In this document: positions 9,036 to 17,901 of the stretch, piece after piece | How the letters are laid out: each line of letters begins with the position of its first letter | How positions within the stretch are numbered: the stretch's first letter is position 1 | Program-made: the position numbers and the translations under genes | From: Thermoanaerobaculia bacterium | GTDB taxonomy: Bacteria; Acidobacteriota; Thermoanaerobaculia; Multivoradales; UBA5704 | Length of the DNA: 46,377 bases | NCBI GenBank assembly: GCA_044226625.1 | Contig: JBGAGQ010000054.1 | Location: 1-46,377 of the forward strand | Direction: 5' to 3' | The notes under the pieces: model-generated | Databases searched by the model: none | Told to the model about the DNA's origin: nothing | Seen by the model: the letters and a program-made list of their open reading frames with translations, nothing else

Positions 9036-11903
9036 ATGACTCGTGTCAACGCTTGTACGATCGTGTCGAACAACTACCTGGGCATGGCCCGGGTCTTCGC
9101 CGAGTCGTACAAACGTCATCATCCGGGGGCCGAAGTGTACGTCTGCTTCGCCGACCAGCCGGACCCTTCGATCCATTACGGACAGATGCCGTTCGTGCCG
9201 ATCTTCGCGGCCGAGCTGGGGATCCCGGCGTTCGCGAACTTCGCGTTCCGTTACGACATCCTGGAGCTGAACACCGCCGTCAAGCCGTACCTGCTCGAGC
9301 ATCTGCGGACCAAGCACGGCCTCGACCGGATCTTCTATTTCGATCCCGACATCCTCGTGCTCGACTCGGTCGAGCCGCTCGAACGGCTGCTCGACGACCA
9401 TCCGGCGGTGCTGCTGCCCCACATCACCCACGGGCTCGACGACGGCCTGATTCCGCCCGAGCGGATGATCTTGCTCGCCGGCGTCTACAACCTCGGATTC
9501 CTCGGCCTGCGGCTCGACGCCTCGACCGCCGAGTTCCTCTCCTGGTGGCAGGACCGCCTCTACCGTTTCTGCGTCAACGACATCCACAACGGGGTGTTCG
9601 TCGACCAGTCATGGATGGACCTCGCCCCCGCGTTCCTCGACGACGTGGCGGTCGTGCGCGATCCCATCTACAACGTCGCTTACTGGAACCTCGCGCAACG
9701 CGCGACGGCGCGCGACGGCGACCGCGTAAAGGTCGACGGGCGGCCGATCGCCTTCTTCCATTTCAGCGGCATCGAGTTCGACAACCTCGAGGTGATCAGC
9801 AAACACCAGAACCGCGTCTCGCTCACCTCCCGGCCGGAGCTGCGGCCGCTGTTCGAGCGCTATCGCCAGCTGGTGCGCGAGGCCGGACATCCCCAGTTCG
9901 TCGGCATCCCGTACGGCTTTCGCCAATTCACCGGCACCGACGTGACCATCCCCTGGGTCGCGCGGCGCCTGCTCCAGCGCATGGATCCCAAGGGGAGGCG
10001 CTGGCCGAATCCGTTCGACCTCTACAACGAAGACAGCTTCCTCGCCTTCCTGGTCGAGCCGGTCCACTACCCCGGCGGCGTGCTCACCCGCGCTGCGCTC
10101 GCCCTCTGGGAGCTGCGCGAAGACCTGGTGCGCGCCTTCCCGGAGGTCTGCGGCCGCGATCTCAAGCGCTTCGCCGACTGGCTGAAGCTCCACGGCGAAG
10201 GGGTGCGCGCGGGGCTCCATCCGATCTTCCTCGAGCCGGTCGGGCCGAAGGACGGCCATCGTTACCGCCGCTCGACCTTCGGGCCGCAGCTGCACCCTTA
10301 CGAGACGATCGCCACCGAGCGCGCGGGCGAGCTGCTCGCCAAGGTCGACCTGTCGCGCCCCGAGTCCATGACCGCCTGGCTCAACGAGCCGATCCCCGGC
10401 GCGGCGGAGCGAACGCCGTGGATCACCCGGCTCGCCCTGCTGCTCTGGCGCATCCGCCCCGACGTCCAGCGCAGCTTCCCCGATCCGCTGGAGGCCGATC
10501 AGGCCGCCTACGCCGACTGGTTCTGCCGCCACGCCCCGAGCGAGTTCCACCTCCACCCCGACCTCGTCGAGCCGGTTTTGAAGACGCTGCCGCGCAAGAC
10601 CCGCATGGCGTTGAGAGTCCGCCGCCACGCCGCCGAGGCGCGCCCCGCCCGGCTGGTCGCCGCGCCGGAGGCGCACGACGCCGCGGGCGCCCCGGAGCCC
10701 AGCGCGGCGCACCCGGTCGCGAGACCGAAAACGCTCGCCGCTCCGCTCGAGGACGGCGCTGGCCGCCCGCTCGCGGTGAACCTCGCCGGCTACTTCGGCA
10801 TGGACACCGGCGTCGGCGAGATCGCACGCGGCAGCCTCGTCGCGCTGGCGGCGGCCGGGATCGAGACCTTGCCGGTGCCGCTCGACCAGGACCTGCAGAG
10901 CCGGATGATCGACGGGCGGCTCTGGCTCGACGACGGCGCGCCGCACCCCCTCACGATCCTCCACGCCAACGCGGACGAGACGCCGCGCGCGCTTTCGATG
11001 ATGCCGATCGCGGGCGCCGCGGGCGGCTTCAAGGTCGGCTACTGGTTCTGGGAGCTGTCGCACTTTCCGCTCGCGCTCACCGACCGTTTCGGCCATCTCG
11101 ACGAAGTCTGGGCGCCGAGCCGGTTCTGCGAGGCGAGCTTCGCGCCGGTCGCGACCGTACCGGTCCGCTACGTGCCGCCCTGCGTGCCCGCGCCCGAGCC
11201 CCAGCGCGAGCCGATCGCGGCGCTGCGCAGCCGGCTCGGCCTCGAGCCCGGCCGCTTCACCTTCTTCTTCGCTTTCGACGTCCTTTCCGTCCCCGAGCGC
11301 AAGAACCCGTTCGCGGCGATCGAGGCGGTGCGGCGGCTCGCCCGGCGGACCCGCCGCCCGTTCGGCCTCGTGCTCAAAGTCTCGCGCGGCAAATACGACG
11401 GCGCCCTGGTCGCCCGGCTGCGCGAGACCGCGCGCGGGCTGCCGATCGAGATCCAGACCGCCCCGGCGTCCCGCGCTCAGATCGAATCCTGGATCGCCGC
11501 CTGCGACGCGAACCTCTCGCTCCATCGCTCCGAAGGGCTCGGCCTGCTGCCGATCGAGACGCTCTACGCCGGCAAGCCCGTGGTGGCGACCGGCTACGGC
11601 GGCGTCACCGATTTCCTCGACGAGACGACCGGATACCCGGTCCATCACCATCTGGTCCGCCTGGAGCGCGACCACTCCCCTTATCCCGCGGGGGCCGTCT
11701 GGGCCGAGCCCGATCTCGACCATGCGGTCGACCAGATGCTCCGCGTGCTCGAGCATCCCGACGAGGCCGCCGCGCGCACGGCCACCGGCAAAGCCCGGAT
11801 CGAGGCGCTCTACGGCACCGAGGCCGCCTCCGCGCGCTTCGCCACCGAGGTCCGGCGGATCTACGCCCAGCTCCACGCCGAACGGTCCCCCGCGCGAGGC
11901 TGA
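9036..11903 (+). CDS. Multidomain glycosyltransferase (N-terminal GT-A-like module plus C-terminal GT4/GT-B)
   Basis: N-terminus has ELNTAVKP, YFDPDI (DxD), GVYNLGF, VDQSW, YNVAYWNL and FFHFSG. C-terminus has GYWFWEL, DEVWAPS, ERKNP, SLHRSEGLGL and GKPVVATGYGG. Confidence 0.88.
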   Translation: MTRVNACTIVSNNYLGMARVFAESYKRHHPGAEVYVCFADQPDPSIHYGQMPFVPIFAAELGIPAFANFAFRYDILELNTAVKPYLLEHLRTKHGLDRIFYFDPDILVLDSVEPLERLLDDHPAVLLPHITHGLDDGLIPPERMILLAGVYNLGFLGLRLDASTAEFLSWWQDRLYRFCVNDIHNGVFVDQSWMDLAPAFLDDVAVVRDPIYNVAYWNLAQRATARDGDRVKVDGRPIAFFHFSGIEFDNLEVISKHQNRVSLTSRPELRPLFERYRQLVREAGHPQFVGIPYGFRQFTGTDVTIPWVARRLLQRMDPKGRRWPNPFDLYNEDSFLAFLVEPVHYPGGVLTRAALALWELREDLVRAFPEVCGRDLKRFADWLKLHGEGVRAGLHPIFLEPVGPKDGHRYRRSTFGPQLHPYETIATERAGELLAKVDLSRPESMTAWLNEPIPGAAERTPWITRLALLLWRIRPDVQRSFPDPLEADQAAYADWFCRHAPSEFHLHPDLVEPVLKTLPRKTRMALRVRRHAAEARPARLVAAPEAHDAAGAPEPSAAHPVARPKTLAAPLEDGAGRPLAVNLAGYFGMDTGVGEIARGSLVALAAAGIETLPVPLDQDLQSRMIDGRLWLDDGAPHPLTILHANADETPRALSMMPIAGAAGGFKVGYWFWELSHFPLALTDRFGHLDEVWAPSRFCEASFAPVATVPVRYVPPCVPAPEPQREPIAALRSRLGLEPGRFTFFFAFDVLSVPERKNPFAAIEAVRRLARRTRRPFGLVLKVSRGKYDGALVARLRETARGLPIEIQTAPASRAQIESWIAACDANLSLHRSEGLGLLPIETLYAGKPVVATGYGGVTDFLDETTGYPVHHHLVRLERDHSPYPAGAVWAEPDLDHAVDQMLRVLEHPDEAAARTATGKARIEALYGTEAASARFATEVRRIYAQLHAERSPARG

Positions 11904-11909
11904 CAGCGC

Positions 11910-12836
11910 GTGGACCTCGCCGACGCGCTCCTGCTCGGCGGCTCCGCCTTCGGCGCCGGGGTGATGAACGCGATCGCCGGTGGCGGCACCCTCCTCACCT
12001 TCCCCGCTCTGGTCGCCGCGGGCCTCCCCGCGATCGCGGCGAACGCGACCTCCACGGTCGCCCTCCTCCCCGCGTCGGCGAGCAGCATGGCCGGCTACCG
12101 CGCCGAGCTCCGAGGCCACGGCGCGTGGCTCCGCGCCCTCTTCCTACCGAGCCTGATCGGCGGCACGGCGGGCTCCCTGCTGCTCCTCTCCACTCCGGAA
12201 AAGGTCTTCGCCCGCCTCGCCCCCTGGCTCGTCCTCTTCGCCACCGCCCTCTTCCTTCTCCAAGGGCTCCTGGCGAAACGCAAATCCCGTCTCTCCGCCC
12301 CGACCCAAAGCACTGTCCCACCATCTCCCGCAGCAAGCACAGCCTCTCCGTCTTCCGGTAGCCGGGGCTCGGCCGGCCTCGCGAAGGCGACTGGCAGCGC
12401 CGAAGGCGCGCACCCGATGGAGCCGAGCGAGGCCGGACCGAGCCCCGGCGCGCTCCCTCGCGGGCCCGGAGGCCACCCCCTCTGGATCGCCGTCTTAGCC
12501 CAGCTAGGAATCGCCCTCTACGGCGGCTACTTCGGAGCCGGCATCGGCATCCTGATGCTCGCCCTCCTCGGCTTCCTGGGGCTCGGCGACATCCACACGA
12601 TGAACGGGCTCAAGAACTTCTTCAACCTATGCATCAACCTCATCGCCGCGGGCCTGTTCGTCGCCCACGGCGCGGTGGTCTGGCCGGCGGTGCTGCTGAT
12701 GCTCCCTTGCTCGATCCTGGGTGGCTACGGCGGCGCCCGGCTCGCCCGCTCGATCGGCCGCGAGCGGGCGCGCGTCGCGGTGGTCGCGATCGGCGTCGCG
12801 ATGGCGGCCCTGCTGTTCTGGCAGCAGAGCCGCTGA
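11910..12836 (+). CDS. TauE/SafE family sulfite exporter-like membrane protein
   Basis: NAIAGGGTLLTFP, ANATSTVAL, YGGYFGAGIG and NGLKN, with multiple TM helices and an unusually long hydrophilic central loop. Confidence 0.9.
   Translation: MDLADALLLGGSAFGAGVMNAIAGGGTLLTFPALVAAGLPAIAANATSTVALLPASASSMAGYRAELRGHGAWLRALFLPSLIGGTAGSLLLLSTPEKVFARLAPWLVLFATALFLLQGLLAKRKSRLSAPTQSTVPPSPAASTASPSSGSRGSAGLAKATGSAEGAHPMEPSEAGPSPGALPRGPGGHPLWIAVLAQLGIALYGGYFGAGIGILMLALLGFLGLGDIHTMNGLKNFFNLCINLIAAGLFVAHGAVVWPAVLLMLPCSILGGYGGARLARSIGRERARVAVVAIGVAMAALLFWQQSR
12361..12449. repeat. Palindromic REP-like element inside the TauE coding sequence
   Basis: GCCGGGGCTCGGCCGGCCTCGC (12361-12382) pairs with GCGAGGCCGGACCGAGCCCCGGC (12427-12449), a 22-bp stem with one bulge; internal GCGCCGAAGGCGC hairpin. 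Confidence 0.65.
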
Positions 12837-12930
12837 GGCGCGCAACGCTTCCGGGTGAAGCGCCTTGCGCCGCTCCGTTTCGCCGCGTTAAATTGCCGCC
12901 AGTTTTTTCGTGATCTGAGAGGAGAGCCGC

Positions 12931-15900
12931 GTGAGCTCCGAGCCGCTTCGTTCGAATGCGTCTGGCGGAAACTCGTCTATCCCTGCGGTCTTGGGCCGAG
13001 CCCTCGTTCTTTCGGCGGGCCTCGGCTTCGTGAGCTTCGCGTTGTCGGGCGCCGGCTCGGGAAGCGCCGGGGCCCCGGCGCCGGCCGCGGCGGTGACCCG
13101 GACTCTCCCCGCCGTCGCCGACACGACCCTCCGCCAACAGCAGGCGAACCAGAACCGGGGCACCGACGAGCTGCTGCGCCTCGGCTGGGCGCAGGGGAGC
13201 CGCGCGCTGGTCCGCTTCGATTCGAACGCCATCCGAACGGCCGTCGGAACCGGCCGCCTGCTCTCCGCGCACCTCGAGCTCTCCATCGACGCAACCGGCG
13301 AGAGCTGGGGCAACGCACCCCAGAACGTCGGCGCCCATCGCGTCACCGTCGCCTGGACCGAGAAGGGCGCCACCTGGAACTGCGCCGTCGACTCGAAGCC
13401 GAGCGACAACCGGGCGGATTGCAATCCGCAGTGGAGCGGCGGCGCGTTTGACCCGGCCCCGACCGCGACCGTGCCGCACACCAAGCAGAGCCGCGGTCTC
13501 GTGCGTTTCGACGTCACCGCGGACGTCGCCGGCTTCCTCACCGGTACGGCGAACTACGGCTGGCTGCTCAAGAAGGCGAACGAGGCGCTCTCGGGGCGGA
13601 TCGACTACGTCTCGCGCGATGGCGAGGACGACGAAGAGGACGACGACGCCCCGGCGGGTGCGATGCTGGATCGCGACGACCGGGATGACGACGAGACGAA
13701 CGGCCCGCGCCTGGTGCTCTCGATCGACCCGGGCGGCGCTCCCGACACGACCCCGCCCACGACCTCGTTCGCCGCCCCGGCCGACGGCAGCCTCCTCGCG
13801 AACGCCCGGCCCACCGTCGCCGTCACCTGGTCGGACGCGGGCTCCGGCCTCGACCTCGCGACCGCCAAGCTCACCGTGGACGGCGCGACGCGCACCGCGG
13901 AAGCTACGGCGACCGCCGCGGGGCTCACCTTCACTCCGGCCGCGCCGCTCGCCGACGACTTCCACTCCGTCACCGTCGAGATCCGCGACCGGGCGGGCAA
14001 CGCGAGCTCGGCGACGCTCGGGTTCACGACGGACGAGACGGCGCCAGTCGTCGCGTTCCTCGAGCCGGATGGCAATCCCGTCACCGGCTCGCTCTCGCCC
14101 ACCATCTCCACGTCGTTCCTCGACGCCACGTCGGGAGCGGACCCGGCGACGGTTCAGATCACTCTCGACGGCGCACCCCTTGCCGGCTGCCTGATCGACC
14201 CGGTCTCGGCGAGTTGCTCGCCGCCGCGACTCGCCTTCGGCGCGCACGTCGCAACGCTTTCGGTCCGCGACCGGGCCGGCAACGCCGCGACGACCAGCCT
14301 GCCGTTCGAGCTCGCCGACCTCTCTGCGCCGACCGTCGCGATCGACACCCCGAACGCGGGCGTCTACCTCGCGACGCCGACCGTCGACCTCGAGGTCACC
14401 GTCGAGGACGACGTCGAGGTGGCGACCGTCGCGATCAACGGCGTGGCGGCGGCCGCGATCGACGAAGGCCCGTTCGGCCGCTACCACGCCGAGGTCCCGC
14501 TCACCGAAGGGTCGAACCACCTGATCGCGGTCGCGACCGACGCAGCCGGCAAAACCACGAGCGTCGAGCGCGAGGTCTTCCTCGACAGCGTCGCGCCCAA
14601 GGTAACGATCGACGCTCCCGCTCCCGGCCAGCCGGTCAACACCGGCATCGTGCGGGTCGCCGGCCTCGCGATCGACTCCAACGCCATCCTCGCGGTCGAG
14701 GCGAACGGTCTCTCGGCCGTCCGCTCGGCGGATCGCTACGAGGTCATCCTTCCCGTCGGGTCCGGCCCCCAGACGATCAGCGTGCGCGCCCTCGACGCCG
14801 CCGGCAACGTCGGAACCGCCTCGGTGCAGATCGACACCGTCGCGCTGCCGACGATTTCGATCACCTCGCCGGCCGACCTCGCGACCGTCGCCGCGACCAC
14901 GGTCGACGTCGTGGGCTCGGTCTCCGATCCCGCCGCCGTGGTCTCCGTCAACGGTATCCGCGCGGACGCCTCGGGGGGGACCTTCATCGCCCGCGACGTG
15001 CCGCTGATCGAGGGAGGCAACCTGATCTCGGCGGTCGCCACACGGGGAGCCGGCGCGGGCGCCTCCGCCGCCAGCGCGACGATCAACGTCGTGCGCGACC
15101 TCTCTCCTCCCTACCTCGCGATCGCCGCGCCGGCGCAGAACGCCCGCGTCCATACCGCGACCGTCACCGTCTCCGGGCTGGTGAACGACCTGGTCGCCGG
15201 CACCGTGAACGCCGGCGAGGTCTCGGTGAAGGTAGGCCCCGTCACCGCCGAGGTCTCGAACCGCTCGTTCCTGGCCCGCGACGTCCCGCTCGTCGAGGGC
15301 ACCCAGGACCTCGCGGTCGAAGCGGTCGACGCGAGCGGCAACCGGGCGACCGCGACGCTCACCGTCCGTCGCGCCCCGCCCGGTACGGCGCGCATCGAGA
15401 TCGCCTCGGGCGACCTGCAATCCGGGCCGATCGGCTCGCTGCTTCCGCAGCCGCTCACCGTGGCGCTCGTCGACGCCGCGGGCGTTCCCGCGCCCGGTCG
15501 GATCGTGCTCTTCGAGATCGACGGCAACGACGGCTCGCTCGCCGGCGGCAAGCGGCTGATCGCGGTGTCGACCGACGCCGCCGGCCGCGCCGCGACACCG
15601 TTCACGCTCGGCAAGCGGGTCGGCGCCCAGCGCGTGACCGCCGCGTCGGTCGCCTTCGCCGATCCGGTCGTCTTCAACCTCGTCGCCACCCACGGCCCGG
15701 CGAGTCTGATCGTCGCCGACGACGGCACGCTCCAGGTGGGCGTCGCCGGCCTAGAGCTGCCCCGCCCGCTGATCGCCACCGTCACCGACGCCGGCTACAA
15801 CCGGCACCCGGGGATCCCCGTGCGCTTCCGCGTCGTCAGCGGCCAGGGGACGTTCGCTCCCGGCGACCCCGCGGCCGAGAAGGTGGTCACCACCGACGAC

Positions 15901-17901
15901 GACGGCCGCGCGATCGTCTCGTTCTTCCTCTCGCCCGAGGAAGGGATCGCCAACAACCGGATCGAGGCGCGCATCGACGGCCTCGCGACCAGCCCAGTCG
16001 CCACGTTCGTCGCCTCCGGCCGCGCCGCGGGCGATCCGGCGGCGACCTCGATCTCCGGCGTCGTCCTCGACAACTCGAACCGGCCGGTTCCCGGAGCCAC
16101 CCTGCGCATCCTGGACAGCCCGATTACCGCCACCTCCGACGCCGAAGGGCAATTCCGCGTCGAGGGGACCCCGATCGGCGCCGTCAAGCTGATCGTCGAC
16201 GGCTCGACCGTCACCCGTCCCGGCAGCTGGCCCGATCTCGAATTCGTCCTCTCGCCGGTCCCGGGACGAGACAACCCGCTCACGATGCCGGTCTATCTAC
16301 TGCCGCTCGATCTGTCCCGCGCCCTGCCGGTCGACGAGACGCACGGCGGCACGGTCACGCTCGCCGAGGCGCCCGGCTTCGCGCTCGAGATCGTGGCCGG
16401 CTCCGTCACCTTCCCCGGCGGCTCGCGTAGCGGCACGGTGTCGGCCACTCTGGTGCACGCCGACAAGGTTCCGATGGTGCCGAACTTCGGCCAGCAGCCG
16501 CGTTTCATCGTCACCATCCAGCCGGCCGGCGCGCGCTTCGATCCCCCCGCGCGGCTCACCCTGCCGAACGTCGACGGCCTCGCCCCCGGCGCGGTGACCG
16601 AGATGTACTCGTTCGACCACGACCTCGGACACTTCGTGAGCATCGGGCCGGCGACCGTCTCGAACGACGGTCGCACCGTCCGCTCGAACCTCGGCGTCGG
16701 CGTGATCAAGGCCGGATGGCATTGCGGCGGCAACCCCGACACCTCCTGCGACTGCGAGAGCGACGACCCCTGCTTAACGGGCGCGGGCATGTGCGAGGAA
16801 GAGGACTGGAGCGTCGTGATCGACGCCCCGAACGAGGCGGCGAACCTCGACATGACCGTGGCACCCGCCATGCCCGCGATCACGGCCCGCGCGCGCATCC
16901 AGGGGAACGCCCGGGGGCTCGCGACCTTCCAGTGGACCGCCGAGATGAAGCTCACCGGCTGCCTCAAGCAGAGGCCCGACCCGATCCTCCACGCGCCCCC
17001 CATCCCGGGCGGCAACGGGGCGACCTACCAGCCCAACATCTCGCCCATCATGAGCGGCGATCTGACCCTGACCGTCGTGGCGACCGTCGACGGCGAGACC
17101 CGGTCGGCGCAACGCAACGTCGTGATCCGCGGCGCGAACCCGACCTGCGCCGCCGTGCAGCAGGTCCTCGGCGAAAACACCCTGAGCCGCCTCGCCTGCC
17201 AGGAATCCGGAATGAGCCAGTTCGACGTCGTCGCCGGCGGCTTGAACAAATGTCCGTTGTTCAACCGAATGGGCGACGGCGGCGTGGGCATCGGGCAGAT
17301 CACCTCCAACCCCACCTTCGAGGACTACTTCAACTGGCGAGTCAACGTCAGCCACATCCGGCAGCACCTGATCGCTACCAAGGGCCCCGCGGTCGACGGC
17401 TACCGCAGCCAGCTGATGGGCGGCTCGAACCTTCAGATCCCGGCGATGGACAAAGCCCTTCGCGCCCTGTTCGACTCCTACAACGCCTGCCGCACCAAGC
17501 AGGGTAAGGCGAAGCTCACGCGGCTGATCCTGCCCGCGTTCGTCCAGGGCGGCCTCGGCGACAGTCCGGGGCAGTACGAAAGGGACCTGCTGCGCGCCTA
17601 CAACGGGCTCTGCGGCCCCCGGTACCTCCACTATCCCCGGCACCAGTTCCAGCTGCAGGAAGACTCGATATGCGGGCTGATCCTCACCGTCGACGAGGAC
17701 AACCTCGCCGGCACGGCGAGCTGGGTCGAGGTCGATCCCGCCGTCCGCTGCAACGCCCCGAGCCCTCCCCGCTGCCCAAGGAACGGCCGCAATTATGTGG
17801 AGAGGGTGCTGAGCTTCACGCTGCCCAACTGCTCCCGTCCGGCCATCCAGCCGACCTGCCCCGACGAATCCGTCTCCCCCGCCGAGGTCAAATGCCCTTG
17901 A
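12931..17901 (+). CDS. Giant secreted protein: DNRLRE-like N-domain, multiple Ig-like repeats, carboxypeptidase-regulatory-like domain, C-terminal lysozyme/SLT-like domain
   Basis: GAGGAG RBS and hydrophobic signal; ADTTLRQ...RALVRFD...NYGWLLK...PRLVL; repeated DTTPP/DxAGN Ig modules; ISGVVLD..PVPGATL; C-terminal motifs QES, GIGQIT, RAYNG and NYVERV. Confidence 0.82.
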   Translation: MSSEPLRSNASGGNSSIPAVLGRALVLSAGLGFVSFALSGAGSGSAGAPAPAAAVTRTLPAVADTTLRQQQANQNRGTDELLRLGWAQGSRALVRFDSNAIRTAVGTGRLLSAHLELSIDATGESWGNAPQNVGAHRVTVAWTEKGATWNCAVDSKPSDNRADCNPQWSGGAFDPAPTATVPHTKQSRGLVRFDVTADVAGFLTGTANYGWLLKKANEALSGRIDYVSRDGEDDEEDDDAPAGAMLDRDDRDDDETNGPRLVLSIDPGGAPDTTPPTTSFAAPADGSLLANARPTVAVTWSDAGSGLDLATAKLTVDGATRTAEATATAAGLTFTPAAPLADDFHSVTVEIRDRAGNASSATLGFTTDETAPVVAFLEPDGNPVTGSLSPTISTSFLDATSGADPATVQITLDGAPLAGCLIDPVSASCSPPRLAFGAHVATLSVRDRAGNAATTSLPFELADLSAPTVAIDTPNAGVYLATPTVDLEVTVEDDVEVATVAINGVAAAAIDEGPFGRYHAEVPLTEGSNHLIAVATDAAGKTTSVEREVFLDSVAPKVTIDAPAPGQPVNTGIVRVAGLAIDSNAILAVEANGLSAVRSADRYEVILPVGSGPQTISVRALDAAGNVGTASVQIDTVALPTISITSPADLATVAATTVDVVGSVSDPAAVVSVNGIRADASGGTFIARDVPLIEGGNLISAVATRGAGAGASAASATINVVRDLSPPYLAIAAPAQNARVHTATVTVSGLVNDLVAGTVNAGEVSVKVGPVTAEVSNRSFLARDVPLVEGTQDLAVEAVDASGNRATATLTVRRAPPGTARIEIASGDLQSGPIGSLLPQPLTVALVDAAGVPAPGRIVLFEIDGNDGSLAGGKRLIAVSTDAAGRAATPFTLGKRVGAQRVTAASVAFADPVVFNLVATHGPASLIVADDGTLQVGVAGLELPRPLIATVTDAGYNRHPGIPVRFRVVSGQGTFAPGDPAAEKVVTTDDDGRAIVSFFLSPEEGIANNRIEARIDGLATSPVATFVASGRAAGDPAATSISGVVLDNSNRPVPGATLRILDSPITATSDAEGQFRVEGTPIGAVKLIVDGSTVTRPGSWPDLEFVLSPVPGRDNPLTMPVYLLPLDLSRALPVDETHGGTVTLAEAPGFALEIVAGSVTFPGGSRSGTVSATLVHADKVPMVPNFGQQPRFIVTIQPAGARFDPPARLTLPNVDGLAPGAVTEMYSFDHDLGHFVSIGPATVSNDGRTVRSNLGVGVIKAGWHCGGNPDTSCDCESDDPCLTGAGMCEEEDWSVVIDAPNEAANLDMTVAPAMPAITARARIQGNARGLATFQWTAEMKLTGCLKQRPDPILHAPPIPGGNGATYQPNISPIMSGDLTLTVVATVDGETRSAQRNVVIRGANPTCAAVQQVLGENTLSRLACQESGMSQFDVVAGGLNKCPLFNRMGDGGVGIGQITSNPTFEDYFNWRVNVSHIRQHLIATKGPAVDGYRSQLMGGSNLQIPAMDKALRALFDSYNACRTKQGKAKLTRLILPAFVQGGLGDSPGQYERDLLRAYNGLCGPRYLHYPRHQFQLQEDSICGLILTVDEDNLAGTASWVEVDPAVRCNAPSPPRCPRNGRNYVERVLSFTLPNCSRPAIQPTCPDESVSPAEVKCP

